A DNA stretch of 64,000 nucleotides, taken from the NCBI GenBank assembly GCA_041739875.1, contig JBGSNA010000157.1, positions 24,859-88,858 on the forward strand, written 5' to 3'. The stretch comes from Pirellulaceae bacterium (GTDB lineage: Bacteria > Planctomycetota > Planctomycetia > Pirellulales > Pirellulaceae). The position numbers and the translations under genes are program-made. Below, piece after piece: positions 1-9,823 of the stretch. The notes beneath the pieces were generated by a model. The model was not told the origin of the DNA. It was given only the letters and a program-made list of their open reading frames with translations, and made no database searches. Every line of letters begins with the position of its first letter. The stretch's first letter is position 1.

Positions 1-1
1 T

Positions 2-124
2 GTTGCAAGACCCGTATCGGGGCAATCAGTGGTCGCCCATGTGATTCGCGTTTCCCATGAGGCGATGGTGTTCCCGATAGTCTACTTGGCTGAGGACGAG
101 CACGAGATCGAGGTTGGCCAGTGA
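2..124 (+). CDS. 3' end of an upstream CDS (partial, product unknown)
   Basis: This is the only frame open from the window edge (..VFPIVYLAEDEHEIEVGQ*). Its TGA at 122-124 overlaps the GTG at 121 of the next gene (GTGA overlap), suggesting translational coupling. Confidence 0.3.
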   Translation, partial: VARPVSGQSVVAHVIRVSHEAMVFPIVYLAEDEHEIEVGQ

Positions 125-1719
125 ACGATCGCCCATCTCCACCGAGTTTGCGGCTGGACCACGTGAGTGTTTTTGCAGGTGCGCGGCATTTGCTGGACGA
201 GTCTACCATCGAGATACCTGGCGGCAAGATCACAGTCATCGTCGGCGGAAGCGGCGCGGGTAAATCGGTTCTGTTGCGCACGCTTGCGGGATTGAATCCG
301 ATGAACGGTCCTGTCGTTCATTGGACAGGCAGGATCGACCTAGCGTCTCCGTCCAACAAGCAGTCACCAGATTCGAGCGTCGTGCCACTGGCTCGGCGTG
401 TCGGAATTGTATTTCAGCAGTTCGCGCTGTTTGATGAGCTGTCGCCCTTAGCCAATGTGCAGTTTGCGATTGATCATCGCGCTGGAAGTGATGATTTGCC
501 GACTCAGACCTCTCGCCAGTGGCTGGACGAGCTTGGCGTGCCAAGTGATACACAGGTTTCAGCGTTGAGCGGGGGCCAGAAACAGCGACTCGCAATTGCA
601 CGTACCTTGGCCGCGAATCCGGATGTCATACTCTATGACGAGCCCACATCTGGGTTGGACTCCGCAAGCGGAAAGAAAGTCGCTGAGCTCATTCGGGAAA
701 CACACGAGCATCACCATCGCACAAGCATTGTCGTTACGCACGACTATCAAACGCTGTTGCCGATCGCTGATGATGTCCTGTTGTTGGACTCAAAAACGAA
801 GAAGATCATTCGGATTCCTCGCAACGAGTGGTCCAAGGTAGCGGAGCGGATGGAAGCGGTTGCGCTTCCGATGGAAGGTGATTCCCCAGATCGTGCGAGG
901 ACCTCGCTGCTTCGCCGGTTTGTGGCGATCCTCGATCGAGGAGTGGTCGCGACGGGGAGTTCGATCGTGGCGGCAATTTGCTTACCGCGATACATCGTTC
1001 CTGTCTTTCCGAGGCTGGCATGGGGATTGCGTTTCACGGCGCATTACTTGAGGCTCGTTGGTGGCCCTAGTGCTTGGGTTTACTTGATGTTGGCTGGATT
1101 GATTGTCGGGTTTACAGGCACGTACTTTACGTTTCGATTTCTGCCGTTTCGGCTTTATACCCAGCCCCTGTTGGTCGACGAGTTACTTTCTTCAATTGGA
1201 TTCGCGTTGTATCGGATTTTAGTGCCCGTGCTAGCGACGATTTTGATCGCAGCGAGATGCGGCGCGGCTGTGGCTGCGGACGTGGGTGTGAAAAAGTATG
1301 GTGGCCAAGTCGACGCGCTTCAAACGCTCGGCGTCCGTCCGACAAGCTACCTGCTTGGTCCGATCGTAATCGCCTTTGTGATTGCGACTCCGCTCTTGGA
1401 ATCGCTCGCCTTTACCGCAGCACGCACGATAAGCCTGATTACGTTCACGGTGACGCATCCATCGATGGGGCCGTATTTTTGGCAGCAACACTTTTATCGG
1501 AATCTTCAGCAAGCCCAGTCGTGGATGTACGTCGGATGGGCCTGGGTCTTGGCAAAGAACTTAGCTTGCGGTATCGGTACCGCCGCGATCGGTTACTATC
1601 GAGGGATGCAGGAGAAAAACTCCGCAGTCGATGTGAGTCACTCGATCACGTCGACGGTGTTGTGGACAACGCTTTACGTTTTGGTCGTCCATTTCATCAT
1701 GGCTTTGTTCGAGTTCTAG
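121..1719 (+). CDS. ABC transporter with fused ATPase (MlaF-like) and permease (MlaE-like) domains
   Basis: The N-terminal half has Walker A GGSGAGKS, signature LSGGQKQR and Walker B ILYDEPTSGLD. The C-terminal half is polytopic with the MlaE-type stretch ARCGAAVAADVG..KYGGQVDALQTLGV. Confidence 0.85.
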   Translation: MNDRPSPPSLRLDHVSVFAGARHLLDESTIEIPGGKITVIVGGSGAGKSVLLRTLAGLNPMNGPVVHWTGRIDLASPSNKQSPDSSVVPLARRVGIVFQQFALFDELSPLANVQFAIDHRAGSDDLPTQTSRQWLDELGVPSDTQVSALSGGQKQRLAIARTLAANPDVILYDEPTSGLDSASGKKVAELIRETHEHHHRTSIVVTHDYQTLLPIADDVLLLDSKTKKIIRIPRNEWSKVAERMEAVALPMEGDSPDRARTSLLRRFVAILDRGVVATGSSIVAAICLPRYIVPVFPRLAWGLRFTAHYLRLVGGPSAWVYLMLAGLIVGFTGTYFTFRFLPFRLYTQPLLVDELLSSIGFALYRILVPVLATILIAARCGAAVAADVGVKKYGGQVDALQTLGVRPTSYLLGPIVIAFVIATPLLESLAFTAARTISLITFTVTHPSMGPYFWQQHFYRNLQQAQSWMYVGWAWVLAKNLACGIGTAAIGYYRGMQEKNSAVDVSHSITSTVLWTTLYVLVVHFIMALFEF

Positions 1720-1776
1720 TCGACACGATCTATTCAATTCAACTTGTTTTAGTTTCAAGAAAGCCGAGTTATTCGC

Positions 1777-1947
1777 ATGGACAAGAAAGCCAAGAAACGT
1801 CTCGATGTCATCAACAAGAAACTGCAATCACTCCGTCCGCGACTCGTTGGTGCAAAATCTCAAGCGGATGATCTCGACGAGATTAAGCAACTAGAGTCCG
1901 AGATCAGTTCACTCGAAGCGGAAGCGGAGAAGCTCAAGTCGAGCTGA
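1777..1947 (+). CDS. small (56 aa) charged coiled-coil protein, hypothetical
   Basis: ATG-to-TGA ORF below the ORF-track cutoff: MDKKAKKRLDVINKKLQSLRPRLVGAKSQADDLDEIKQLESEISSLEAEAEKLKSS. It fills the gap between the ABC gene and speA. No homology recognised. Confidence 0.35.
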   Translation: MDKKAKKRLDVINKKLQSLRPRLVGAKSQADDLDEIKQLESEISSLEAEAEKLKSS

Positions 1948-1948
1948 A

Positions 1949-3880
1949 CTATTCGGTTTCGCCGAGCAGGTACGTGTAGCTTCCGAGGGCTTTTTCATAG
2001 AAACGGATGGTACGTCCGGCCTGTTCGTTATCGATTCGCCCAGCCTGAACGGCCTGTTCAACGGCGTCCTGAAGTTTTTCGATCAATTCGCGATCGTCGA
2101 ATTGGACGTATCGCAGCACTTCGCTGACCGTGTCCCCTTTAACGATCGATTGGATGATTGCTGAGTCGCCCTGCAGATCGACATGCACCGCGTGTGTGTC
2201 GCCGAACAAGTTGTGCAGGTCGCCGAGAATCTCCTGGTAGGCGCCCACCATGAAGATGCCAATTTGATACGACTCGTCTGGCTTGAACGTGTGAAGCATC
2301 AACGTATTTTGGCGACGTCCACCACAAACGAAAGTGTCAATTTTTCCATCGCTATCACAGGTGATGTCGCCCAAGACCGCATGCCGTGTTGGCCTTTCGG
2401 TGAGTCGATGAATCGGCATGATGGGGAAGAGCTGGTTAATCGCCCACGAATCTGGCATCGATTGAAACAGCGAAAAGTTGACGAAATAGATGTCGGAAAG
2501 CAATTGGTCAAGGTCCTTGACCTCCTCCGGTGGGTTCGGCATTTCGGCTGAGATGGCTTGAATGCGATTGCAAATAGCGAAGTACAAGTTTTCCGCCGCG
2601 ACACGTTGCTCCAGTGGCAAGTATCCACCACTGAAAAGATTCATTGCCATATCGAGCGACGTTTGTGCGTCATGGTAAGACTCGAGGAAGTTCTCGGGTG
2701 TCAAGTCTTGATACGTTGACCAAAGGTCATGAACGGGCAATTCGAAATCTTCGGGGATTTCGGTTGGTAAGCCTTCCACGTTGCCTTGCGCCGTGACGCC
2801 GAGCGTGTCCATGATCAGAACGCTGTGGTGAGCCGCGACCGCACGACCACTTTCGGTCAGCAGTTGTGGATGAGCAACCCCCGCTTCGTCACATACGCTT
2901 TGGACGTGGTACACGACGTCGTTGGCGTACTCTTGCATGGTGTAGTTCATGCTTGATTCGGTGTCAGTTCGTGAGCCGTCATAGTCGACCCCAAGGCCGC
3001 CGCCGACGTCAAGATACTCGAGACCTGCACCGCGACGAGACAAGTCCACATATATTCGCGCTGCCTCGAGAATGGCACTCTTGAGCTGACGAATATTCGT
3101 GATTTGGCTGCCAACATGGAAATGTAGCAGCTTGAAACAATCCGCCATGCCGCAAGCTTCGAGTCGCTGGAGTTGACGCAGCATCTCAGCTACCGTGAGT
3201 CCGAACTTCGAGCGGTAGCCACCGCTCGCTTGCCAACGACCTGAGCCACGCGTAGCAAGTTTGACTCGCATTCCAATCATAGGACGAACGCCGATCTCTT
3301 TGCTGTGTCGCAGGATCAAACCTAATTCGCTGACTTTTTCGACCACGGGAATGACGGTTCGACCGATCTGCTGTGCCAGCAGTGCCATGCGAATAAAATC
3401 ATCGTCTTTGAACCCATTGCAAATGATCGGCATTTGAGGGTCGGTCATGGCCACGACGGCGAGTAACTCAGGTTTGCTTCCGGCTTCCACACCGAAACCG
3501 AACTCGCTTCCGTACTGGATGACCTTTTGAACAACTTCACGCTGTTGATTCACCTTGATCGGGAAAACACAGCGGTATCGATTCTGGTAATCGTGGTCTT
3601 CGATTGCTCGGCCAAAACAGTCATTGAGTTGACGCAAGCGATCCTGAAGAATTCCGTTGAATCGCACCAGGATGGGAAGGTCCAGACCACGTTGTTGGAG
3701 TCGATCGATTAAGTCTTTGAGATCGATTGCCTTTTCGGGATTGCGGTCTGGCGAAACAAGGAATCGACCCTCAGGAGATACATGAAAGTAACCGTCTCCC
3801 CACCGATTGATGTCATAGAGTGCCGCCGAATCCGACCCCGTCCAAACTTCTGATTCAGCAATGCTCATCAACGGTACCAC
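1949..3880 (-). CDS. speA: biosynthetic arginine decarboxylase
   Basis: The 643-aa ORF has typical SpeA length and N-terminus (YDINRWGDGYF). It also has the PLP-lysine motif FPIKVNQQ and EAGSKPEL. The start may be the internal ATG at 3868. Confidence 0.95.
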   Translation of the reverse strand: MVPLMSIAESEVWTGSDSAALYDINRWGDGYFHVSPEGRFLVSPDRNPEKAIDLKDLIDRLQQRGLDLPILVRFNGILQDRLRQLNDCFGRAIEDHDYQNRYRCVFPIKVNQQREVVQKVIQYGSEFGFGVEAGSKPELLAVVAMTDPQMPIICNGFKDDDFIRMALLAQQIGRTVIPVVEKVSELGLILRHSKEIGVRPMIGMRVKLATRGSGRWQASGGYRSKFGLTVAEMLRQLQRLEACGMADCFKLLHFHVGSQITNIRQLKSAILEAARIYVDLSRRGAGLEYLDVGGGLGVDYDGSRTDTESSMNYTMQEYANDVVYHVQSVCDEAGVAHPQLLTESGRAVAAHHSVLIMDTLGVTAQGNVEGLPTEIPEDFELPVHDLWSTYQDLTPENFLESYHDAQTSLDMAMNLFSGGYLPLEQRVAAENLYFAICNRIQAISAEMPNPPEEVKDLDQLLSDIYFVNFSLFQSMPDSWAINQLFPIMPIHRLTERPTRHAVLGDITCDSDGKIDTFVCGGRRQNTLMLHTFKPDESYQIGIFMVGAYQEILGDLHNLFGDTHAVHVDLQGDSAIIQSIVKGDTVSEVLRYVQFDDRELIEKLQDAVEQAVQAGRIDNEQAGRTIRFYEKALGSYTYLLGETE

Positions 3881-4059
3881 TTGAAAGGATGGGGGGGCGA
3901 AAAAGACTGACAGACAAACAACTTGCGACGACTCGTCAACCGCGTTTTTACCGTTGTTAAAACCGTCTCGCTAGCGAGTCGAGTAGGTCATGTGCCCAGG
4001 AGAACGAAAAAAACGGGATGCTCATCCGCAGTTGCTCGGTCTTGACGCACTCGCGCATC

Positions 4060-4089
4060 AAAAAAAGTCCGACCGGAACCCGGTCGGAC
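4060..4089 (-). terminator. rho-independent terminator downstream of the erpA-like gene
   Basis: A 10-bp perfect stem (GTCCGACCGG/CCGGTCGGAC) with a 3-nt loop is followed on the minus strand by TTTTTTT. Confidence 0.7.
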
Positions 4090-4169
4090 TTTCGTGATTA
4101 CATGTTCTGGCCCAAGTGGCATCCATGATCGGAATTCACGAGCGGCGTCTAAACCGATTGCGAGCTTCT

Positions 4170-4502
4170 CTAGGCTTGGAAGGAGCTTCCGCAACCACAC
4201 GTCTTCACAGCATTGGGATTCTCGAAGGTAAAGCCCTGCTTTTCGAGACTATCAAACCAGTCAACGGTGGTTCCGTCGAGATACAAAGCACTCTTCTTAT
4301 CGACGACGACTGGAACGCCGTGGCATTCATACTTGCTATCGGCCTTGTCGTCGTAGTTGTCGTCAAAGTTCAGCGTGTAGTTGAAGCCGCTGCAGCCACC
4401 GCCAGCGACGCCAATTCGGAGAACCATGGACTCATCGAAATTATGTTCAGTGCGGAAACGCTTTACTTCTACAGCTGCGCGCTCGGTAAGCTTAACTGCC
4501 AT
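4170..4502 (-). CDS. erpA: iron-sulfur cluster insertion/assembly protein (HesB/IscA/ErpA family)
   Basis: The 110-aa ORF carries the family motifs GGGCSGF and C-terminal CGCGSSF. Confidence 0.9.
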   Translation of the reverse strand: MAVKLTERAAVEVKRFRTEHNFDESMVLRIGVAGGGCSGFNYTLNFDDNYDDKADSKYECHGVPVVVDKKSALYLDGTTVDWFDSLEKQGFTFENPNAVKTCGCGSSFQA

Positions 4503-4806
4503 CTTGGTATCAACCCCTTCACTCGGGTAGTCGAATCGGGAAATGTCTTCATTGAAGGCGAGGAAGTCCCACCCAACGACGATGTTATATCTTATTCACC
4601 AGTGTGGAACTGCGGCAAGTCGCAAAACGCCCATGATTCCTGACTTCGCATGCTGGGGGTGGGCATTTTAGGTGCAAAACGCGTACAACAATCGTGCTGG
4701 AAGTGTTGCTAAGCCTTTGGCTGGGTGCGATTTGGGTCGTTGGGTCTGTCCCAAGTCCACGTTTTTCGTCGTTTTTCCCTTTTGATAACTTGTGCGGTCT
4801 TTGTCC

Positions 4807-5805
4807 ATGCGTCGTATTGGAAATCTTGCGAACGAAGCGCTAGCAGAGCGTTTTCGCGACTATTTAACGACACAGTCGATCGAGGCGTCGGTAGATTCCG
4901 GAGACGCCGCCGACGAGAGCTGTGCGATTTGGATTCGCGACGAAAAAGATGTCGTTCGAGCCCGCGAGTTATTTGAGCAGTTTCAGGCTAGTCCGAACGA
5001 TGCGCGATACGACGCCCAGGCAGCGGCATTGCGAATTCGGCAACAGCAGGCGGCGGACAACATCAAGAAACTGAAGTTCCGACGAGCTGCTCCGATGCGC
5101 GGTGCCTCATTGCCAGGTGCCTCCATGTCTGGCGGCGCGTTTCGGGGATTCCCGACTCGCCAACAGGCAATCCCTGTCACGATCGGGATCATTGTTCTCT
5201 CGGTTCTCGTGGGCTTTGTAACCTCGTTTGGTCGACCGAAGCCCTCCAACAAGCCGGGCGAATATTCGTTTGAGGAGCAGCTCTACTGTGTCCTTAGTTT
5301 TCTCGACCCGCGAGAACGATTGCGAGAAGACGGCGTGGTTCCAGATGCGTTCACGTCGATCAAAAAAGGTGAACTTTGGCGGTTCGTTACGCCTCTCATT
5401 ATGCATGGCAGCCAATTCCACTTGCTGTTCAACATGCTGTGGATTTATTCACTCGGTTCAATGATTGAGCGATTACACGGCTCGATATTTTTCTTGGTAC
5501 TTGTTTTGGTGACGCAAACCATAGGCATGCTGGTGCAAGCGGTGTTTCCGGACTTCTTGGGTGGCGGGCCCAATGCGATCGGCGCCTCGGGAGCGGTTTA
5601 CGGACTGTTTGGCTACCTTTGGATACGCCCGCAAGTTGATCCCGCGTTTCCAATTCGTATTGCGCCGGTGAATGTGGCGATCATGCTCGGGTTTCTCGTT
5701 TTGTGTTTCACTCCTCTGATGGCAAATGTTGCAAACGGCGCGCACCTCGGTGGATTGATGGCAGGCATGGCGGTGGCGCCGCTGGTCGCCAAGAAGCAGT
5801 CTTGA
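4807..5805 (+). CDS. rhomboid family intramembrane serine protease (GlpG-like, with N-terminal cytoplasmic domain)
   Basis: It has the catalytic Ser motif GASGAVYGL and the His motif AHLGGLMAG, in a polytopic membrane region. ATG 4807 is chosen; the track ORF opens at GTG 4792. Confidence 0.85.
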   Translation: MRRIGNLANEALAERFRDYLTTQSIEASVDSGDAADESCAIWIRDEKDVVRARELFEQFQASPNDARYDAQAAALRIRQQQAADNIKKLKFRRAAPMRGASLPGASMSGGAFRGFPTRQQAIPVTIGIIVLSVLVGFVTSFGRPKPSNKPGEYSFEEQLYCVLSFLDPRERLREDGVVPDAFTSIKKGELWRFVTPLIMHGSQFHLLFNMLWIYSLGSMIERLHGSIFFLVLVLVTQTIGMLVQAVFPDFLGGGPNAIGASGAVYGLFGYLWIRPQVDPAFPIRIAPVNVAIMLGFLVLCFTPLMANVANGAHLGGLMAGMAVAPLVAKKQS

Positions 5806-5810
5806 TTTTG

Positions 5811-7202
5811 ATGCACGCTGAAACGCCTAGTCACTCGCTTCAATCCGAAATCAATTCGACGTGGATGCATGCCATCGTCGAAGTCTTTCGCGTTGCACTC
5901 CCTTTGATGATCAGCACGGCGACATTTTCGCTCGTGTTGTTCGTGGATCGCACTTTGCTGTTGCGTTACGACGGTTCTTCAATGAGCGCGTCGATGGCTG
6001 CCGGGAATCTGTATTGGACTGCGGTGTGCTTGCCGATGGGCATCGCGTCGATGACTGGTGCCATCATTAGCCAAATGGTCGGCGCGAACCAGCAGGGATT
6101 GATTGGCAAGTTCCTGTGGCAATCCGTTTGGTTGTCGCTTATGACATTACCAATGTTTGCTGCACTAGCGTATTTCGCACCCGATCTGTTTCGATTCGCA
6201 GAACAACCCGACTCACTGATACCGCTTGAGACAGTCTACATGCGCATGTTGATGCTCGGTGGCATCGGTTCAGTGCTCGAATCCGCCTTAAGCGGTTTCT
6301 ATTCGGGGACTGAGCGAACATCGGTCATTATGTGGGTTAGCCTTGCCGCTGGCTTGCTCAACGTCGTCTTGGATCTCGGGATGATCTTTGGGTGTGGCCC
6401 GATTCCTGAAATGGGAATTGCTGGGGCTGGGTTGGCGAGCAGTATCTCATTCTGGTTCAAGGCAGTGTGTTTCGCGGCTTTGCTTGTTCGCCCGAATTTG
6501 CAACGACAGTACGGAATCGTCAGTGGTTTCGGATTTGATATGCAGCTTTTTCGGAAACTGATTTTCTTCGGTTTCCCAACCGGGCTGATGTATCTCACGG
6601 AAGCTGGAGGATTTACCATTATCGTACTGAGGATCGGGCGGCTTGGTGATATTCCACTTCGCGCGACGACGATGGCAATCAATTTCAATATGGTCGCTTT
6701 CATTCCACTGGTGGGCGTCTCGATCGCAACCTCGGTACTCGTTGGTAGGCATTTGATCCAAAGTGGCTCCGAGCGAGCAATTCGCGCAGTTGTGGCTGCG
6801 CTCGTGATCGGATGGGCGTATTCGCTGATTTGGGCGGTCGGTTACGTGTGCGTTCCCGACTCAATGTTGTCACTCTACAAGATGGAGTCGACAACGCCTG
6901 AGTCGATTCAAGCGATCGAAATGGCTAGAGGTTTGTTACGTTTTGTCGCACTCTATGTGCTGCTTGATGCAACACAATTGATCCTTGCCGGAGCGCTACG
7001 AGGCGCCGGGGATACGTGGTTCGTTCTCGGTGCTGGCTTTGTGGTGTCGGTGGCGACGCTAGCCATTGGACTGATCGGTGAGACGTTTACCGGCGGGCTG
7101 AATTGGTGGTGGTGGATGGTTACGCTGTGGGTTTGGTTACTAGCCACAAGCATGACAGGTCGGTTTCTCCAAGGCAGCTGGAAACGAATGCGAATGGTTT
7201 AA
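5811..7202 (+). CDS. MATE family efflux transporter
   Basis: About 12 hydrophobic segments with typical MATE length and organisation. ATG 5811 lies just after the rhomboid stop at 5803-5805; the longer track ORF overlaps that gene. Confidence 0.8.
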   Translation: MHAETPSHSLQSEINSTWMHAIVEVFRVALPLMISTATFSLVLFVDRTLLLRYDGSSMSASMAAGNLYWTAVCLPMGIASMTGAIISQMVGANQQGLIGKFLWQSVWLSLMTLPMFAALAYFAPDLFRFAEQPDSLIPLETVYMRMLMLGGIGSVLESALSGFYSGTERTSVIMWVSLAAGLLNVVLDLGMIFGCGPIPEMGIAGAGLASSISFWFKAVCFAALLVRPNLQRQYGIVSGFGFDMQLFRKLIFFGFPTGLMYLTEAGGFTIIVLRIGRLGDIPLRATTMAINFNMVAFIPLVGVSIATSVLVGRHLIQSGSERAIRAVVAALVIGWAYSLIWAVGYVCVPDSMLSLYKMESTTPESIQAIEMARGLLRFVALYVLLDATQLILAGALRGAGDTWFVLGAGFVVSVATLAIGLIGETFTGGLNWWWWMVTLWVWLLATSMTGRFLQGSWKRMRMV

Positions 7203-7215
7203 CCGGCTGTCCAGA

Positions 7216-8514
7216 TTACTGCATGTCCACAAGGACGACATCTGTTCGATATCGTTGGCCGTCCCGATAGATAATCATGGGCACCGTCGTTTCGAGAGGA
7301 GTCAGCCCGACTTGAGCGACGAGGTGATCATCGTTGTCTACTTTGTTTCCCGCGAATTCCACAATGATATCACCGCGTTGAATTCGAGCGACTGCGGCTG
7401 GCGAACCAGGACGCACGTTCTTGACCAAGGCGCCGCCAGAAACCTGATAGCCGGCTGCGACCATATCGGCGGGAGTGAATTCTGGCTCGAGCGTTACGCC
7501 GAGGTAGCCACGACGAAGTTTGCCGTAACGGATGAGTTGTTCAGCGACTTGTACGCCCATGTTGATGGGGATCGCAAAACCGATCCCCTCGCTTCCGCCG
7601 CTACTGCTGGCAATCGCGGTATTCAGTGCCACCAATTCACCACGCAGGTTGATCAGTGGACCGCCACTGTTGCCTGGATTGATCGCAGCGTCGGTCTGAA
7701 AAAAATCTTGAAGTTCGATTTTCTGGTCGCCAAGCGATAAGTCCCGACGACCTTTGGCGCTCACGATGCCAAACGTGACTGAGTGGCTAAGCCCGAACGG
7801 GCTGCCGATGGCGATCACAAAGTCACCAATTTCAACGCTGTCGCTGTTGCCTAATCGAGCGGCAGGGATGCTCGGTCCCAAGTTGTTTTTTATCTCGAGC
7901 TTAAGAACAGCAATGTCGGTGCTGGCATCGGCGAGCACTCGTGTTGGCGCGAACTGGCGGCCATCGCTGGTGCGAAGCATGATTTCACTTGGCTTGGACC
8001 CCACGACTACGTGACGATTTGTGAGCACCCAAGTGTCGCCTCCAAAGTCGAGCACGACTCCAGCTCCAGCCTCGTCGTAAGCTTCTCGCTGGCCAGCGGC
8101 ATTCTCTGTCTTGTGAGCTTCGATGTGTACAACGCTGGGACTGACGAGTTGCGAGACTCGTTTTACGAGATTGCCGAGTCGATCGAATGTCGAAAACTCT
8201 TCGGCAAGTTCATTGAACAACCGTTCGCGATTCGAATCGAAGTCGGTAATTAACGGCTTACCTGGAGATGCATCGTTCTCCGAACGAGACAGGCTTGATG
8301 CATTCAAGTTCGGAAGTGAGACGCTGGGCGATGAGGGGGTGGCGGACGACGACAGTGTCGGTCGTTGAAGCCGTACATCAGCCTGGCCGCCATACACTCC
8401 ACGCAAATCCGAACTTGTCGGAGCTTGTGCACGTGATGGCGTTTGGAATATCACTGGAGAAGCAGTGATCGCCAAAACTGTGGCCGATAGCCAGCGGTGA
8501 ATTGGACGTGTCAT
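7216..8514 (-). CDS. HtrA/DegP-type periplasmic serine endoprotease with one PDZ domain
   Basis: It has an N-terminal signal sequence, triad contexts TNRHVV, DIAVLK and GNSGGPLI, and a C-terminal PDZ-like region (GALV..V.PGSPAA...GDII). Confidence 0.9.
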   Translation of the reverse strand: MTRPIHRWLSATVLAITASPVIFQTPSRAQAPTSSDLRGVYGGQADVRLQRPTLSSSATPSSPSVSLPNLNASSLSRSENDASPGKPLITDFDSNRERLFNELAEEFSTFDRLGNLVKRVSQLVSPSVVHIEAHKTENAAGQREAYDEAGAGVVLDFGGDTWVLTNRHVVVGSKPSEIMLRTSDGRQFAPTRVLADASTDIAVLKLEIKNNLGPSIPAARLGNSDSVEIGDFVIAIGSPFGLSHSVTFGIVSAKGRRDLSLGDQKIELQDFFQTDAAINPGNSGGPLINLRGELVALNTAIASSSGGSEGIGFAIPINMGVQVAEQLIRYGKLRRGYLGVTLEPEFTPADMVAAGYQVSGGALVKNVRPGSPAAVARIQRGDIIVEFAGNKVDNDDHLVAQVGLTPLETTVPMIIYRDGQRYRTDVVLVDMQ

Positions 8515-8659
8515 GAGATGGTGTCGGCACGCGGGGAGGTTGAATGCGGAAGCACGTGGTCGATTCTATGCATCGACACCATCATGGGGCTAGCTTTCCA
8601 CACTCTTGTGTCGATGTCCTTTACCGAATCAACACCTAGAATCCGCTCGAGTGGCGCAA

Positions 8660-8688
8660 TAAAAAACGGTCGGACAACTGGCCGACCG
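8660..8688 (-). terminator. candidate rho-independent terminator downstream of the DksA/TraR-like gene
   Basis: A 7-bp stem (CGGTCGG/CCGACCG) is followed on the minus strand by a T-run (TTTTTTAT). It lies about 100 nt after the stop. Confidence 0.45.
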
Positions 8689-8784
8689 CTTCAATCCGCA
8701 TTGCTAGTAGAACAGTAACTCGATCGGTCACATCGTCACGCGCACTAGTGCCGATCGGTGTACTGAAAGCTGGGTTGCTCGGGC

Positions 8785-9201
8785 TTAGACGTTATCACAC
8801 TCGACGTTATCGAAGACTCGATTCCATGTGACTGAGCTAACTCCACTGCTGTTTGTGGTCTCAGCTTTCCGGCGGCACTCGATGCAATCCGTTGCGTAGG
8901 GAATCGCTCGTAGACGTGTAATGGGAATCGGTTTTTCGCACTCCTCGCAGTTGCCAAAGTTGCCAGTTTCCATGCGAGCAATCGCTTCATCAATCGCCGC
9001 AAGTTCGCGACTTTCAACTTCGACGAGTTGGCTGTTCAGTTCGTCTTGCACTGTGTCGGCTGCAGCATCAAGAACATCGCCAGTCTTTTGTTGATGAAGC
9101 TCTTGCAACATGCTCAAGTCACCTTGCAACGCCCGTTGCAGTGCTTCACGACGACGGACGAGGTTATCGCGGAGCTTTAAAATCGAATCTTGCCGGGACA
9201 T
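8785..9201 (-). CDS. DksA/TraR family C4-type zinc-finger protein
   Basis: An N-terminal coiled coil is followed by CEECEKPI...CIECRRK (a four-Cys zinc finger). Confidence 0.85.
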   Translation of the reverse strand: MSRQDSILKLRDNLVRRREALQRALQGDLSMLQELHQQKTGDVLDAAADTVQDELNSQLVEVESRELAAIDEAIARMETGNFGNCEECEKPIPITRLRAIPYATDCIECRRKAETTNSSGVSSVTWNRVFDNVECDNV

Positions 9202-9823
9202 GAACTCACCTCGCTAAGTTGAACAACCAACACCCAAAAGTGCGGTCGCGAATCACTGTTTACGTTTCGAATGGACATGCGTTTTCAAAGGGCCACAGTT
9301 GGACGTTATCTGCCAATCAACCCCTCGAACTGTTACCTACGTACAAAGCATCAGTCTGGTTTTCTCGCTGACGCTGTTCTTGGCCTTATCTTAGAAAAGA
9401 GCGAACAAAAGTCCCCTCGATAATCTTCAGCGATACTCAGATTTGCTGCATGAGGGCGTCAAAATGCCGGTAAAACAGCTTTTGACGTATGCACTTTCTG
9501 TGCCCAGTTCTGCAGGACATTCTTGCTAAGTTGTCCCCCCCGATGGTTGATTGCTGGGTAATCACAGGTGCCGCCAAGGCAAGTTGCCTATTCGTCTCAG
9601 TTTTCCTAGGCGGGAAAATTCCCCGAATACTCAACGTGACCCTACAGATTGGCTCACAAAGAAATCGATTTTTACCGAAAGAATGACGATGCAAGGTCGT
9701 TTTCTGACTAGGACTCGGCTGCGCGTCTGAGTGTACACTCCGCCGCAAGCACCTTGTGGCTACTTGATCTGACTTTCAGAAGCAGGTATCCGAACTAGCG
9801 ATTGTCATGGAAGGACAGAAGCT

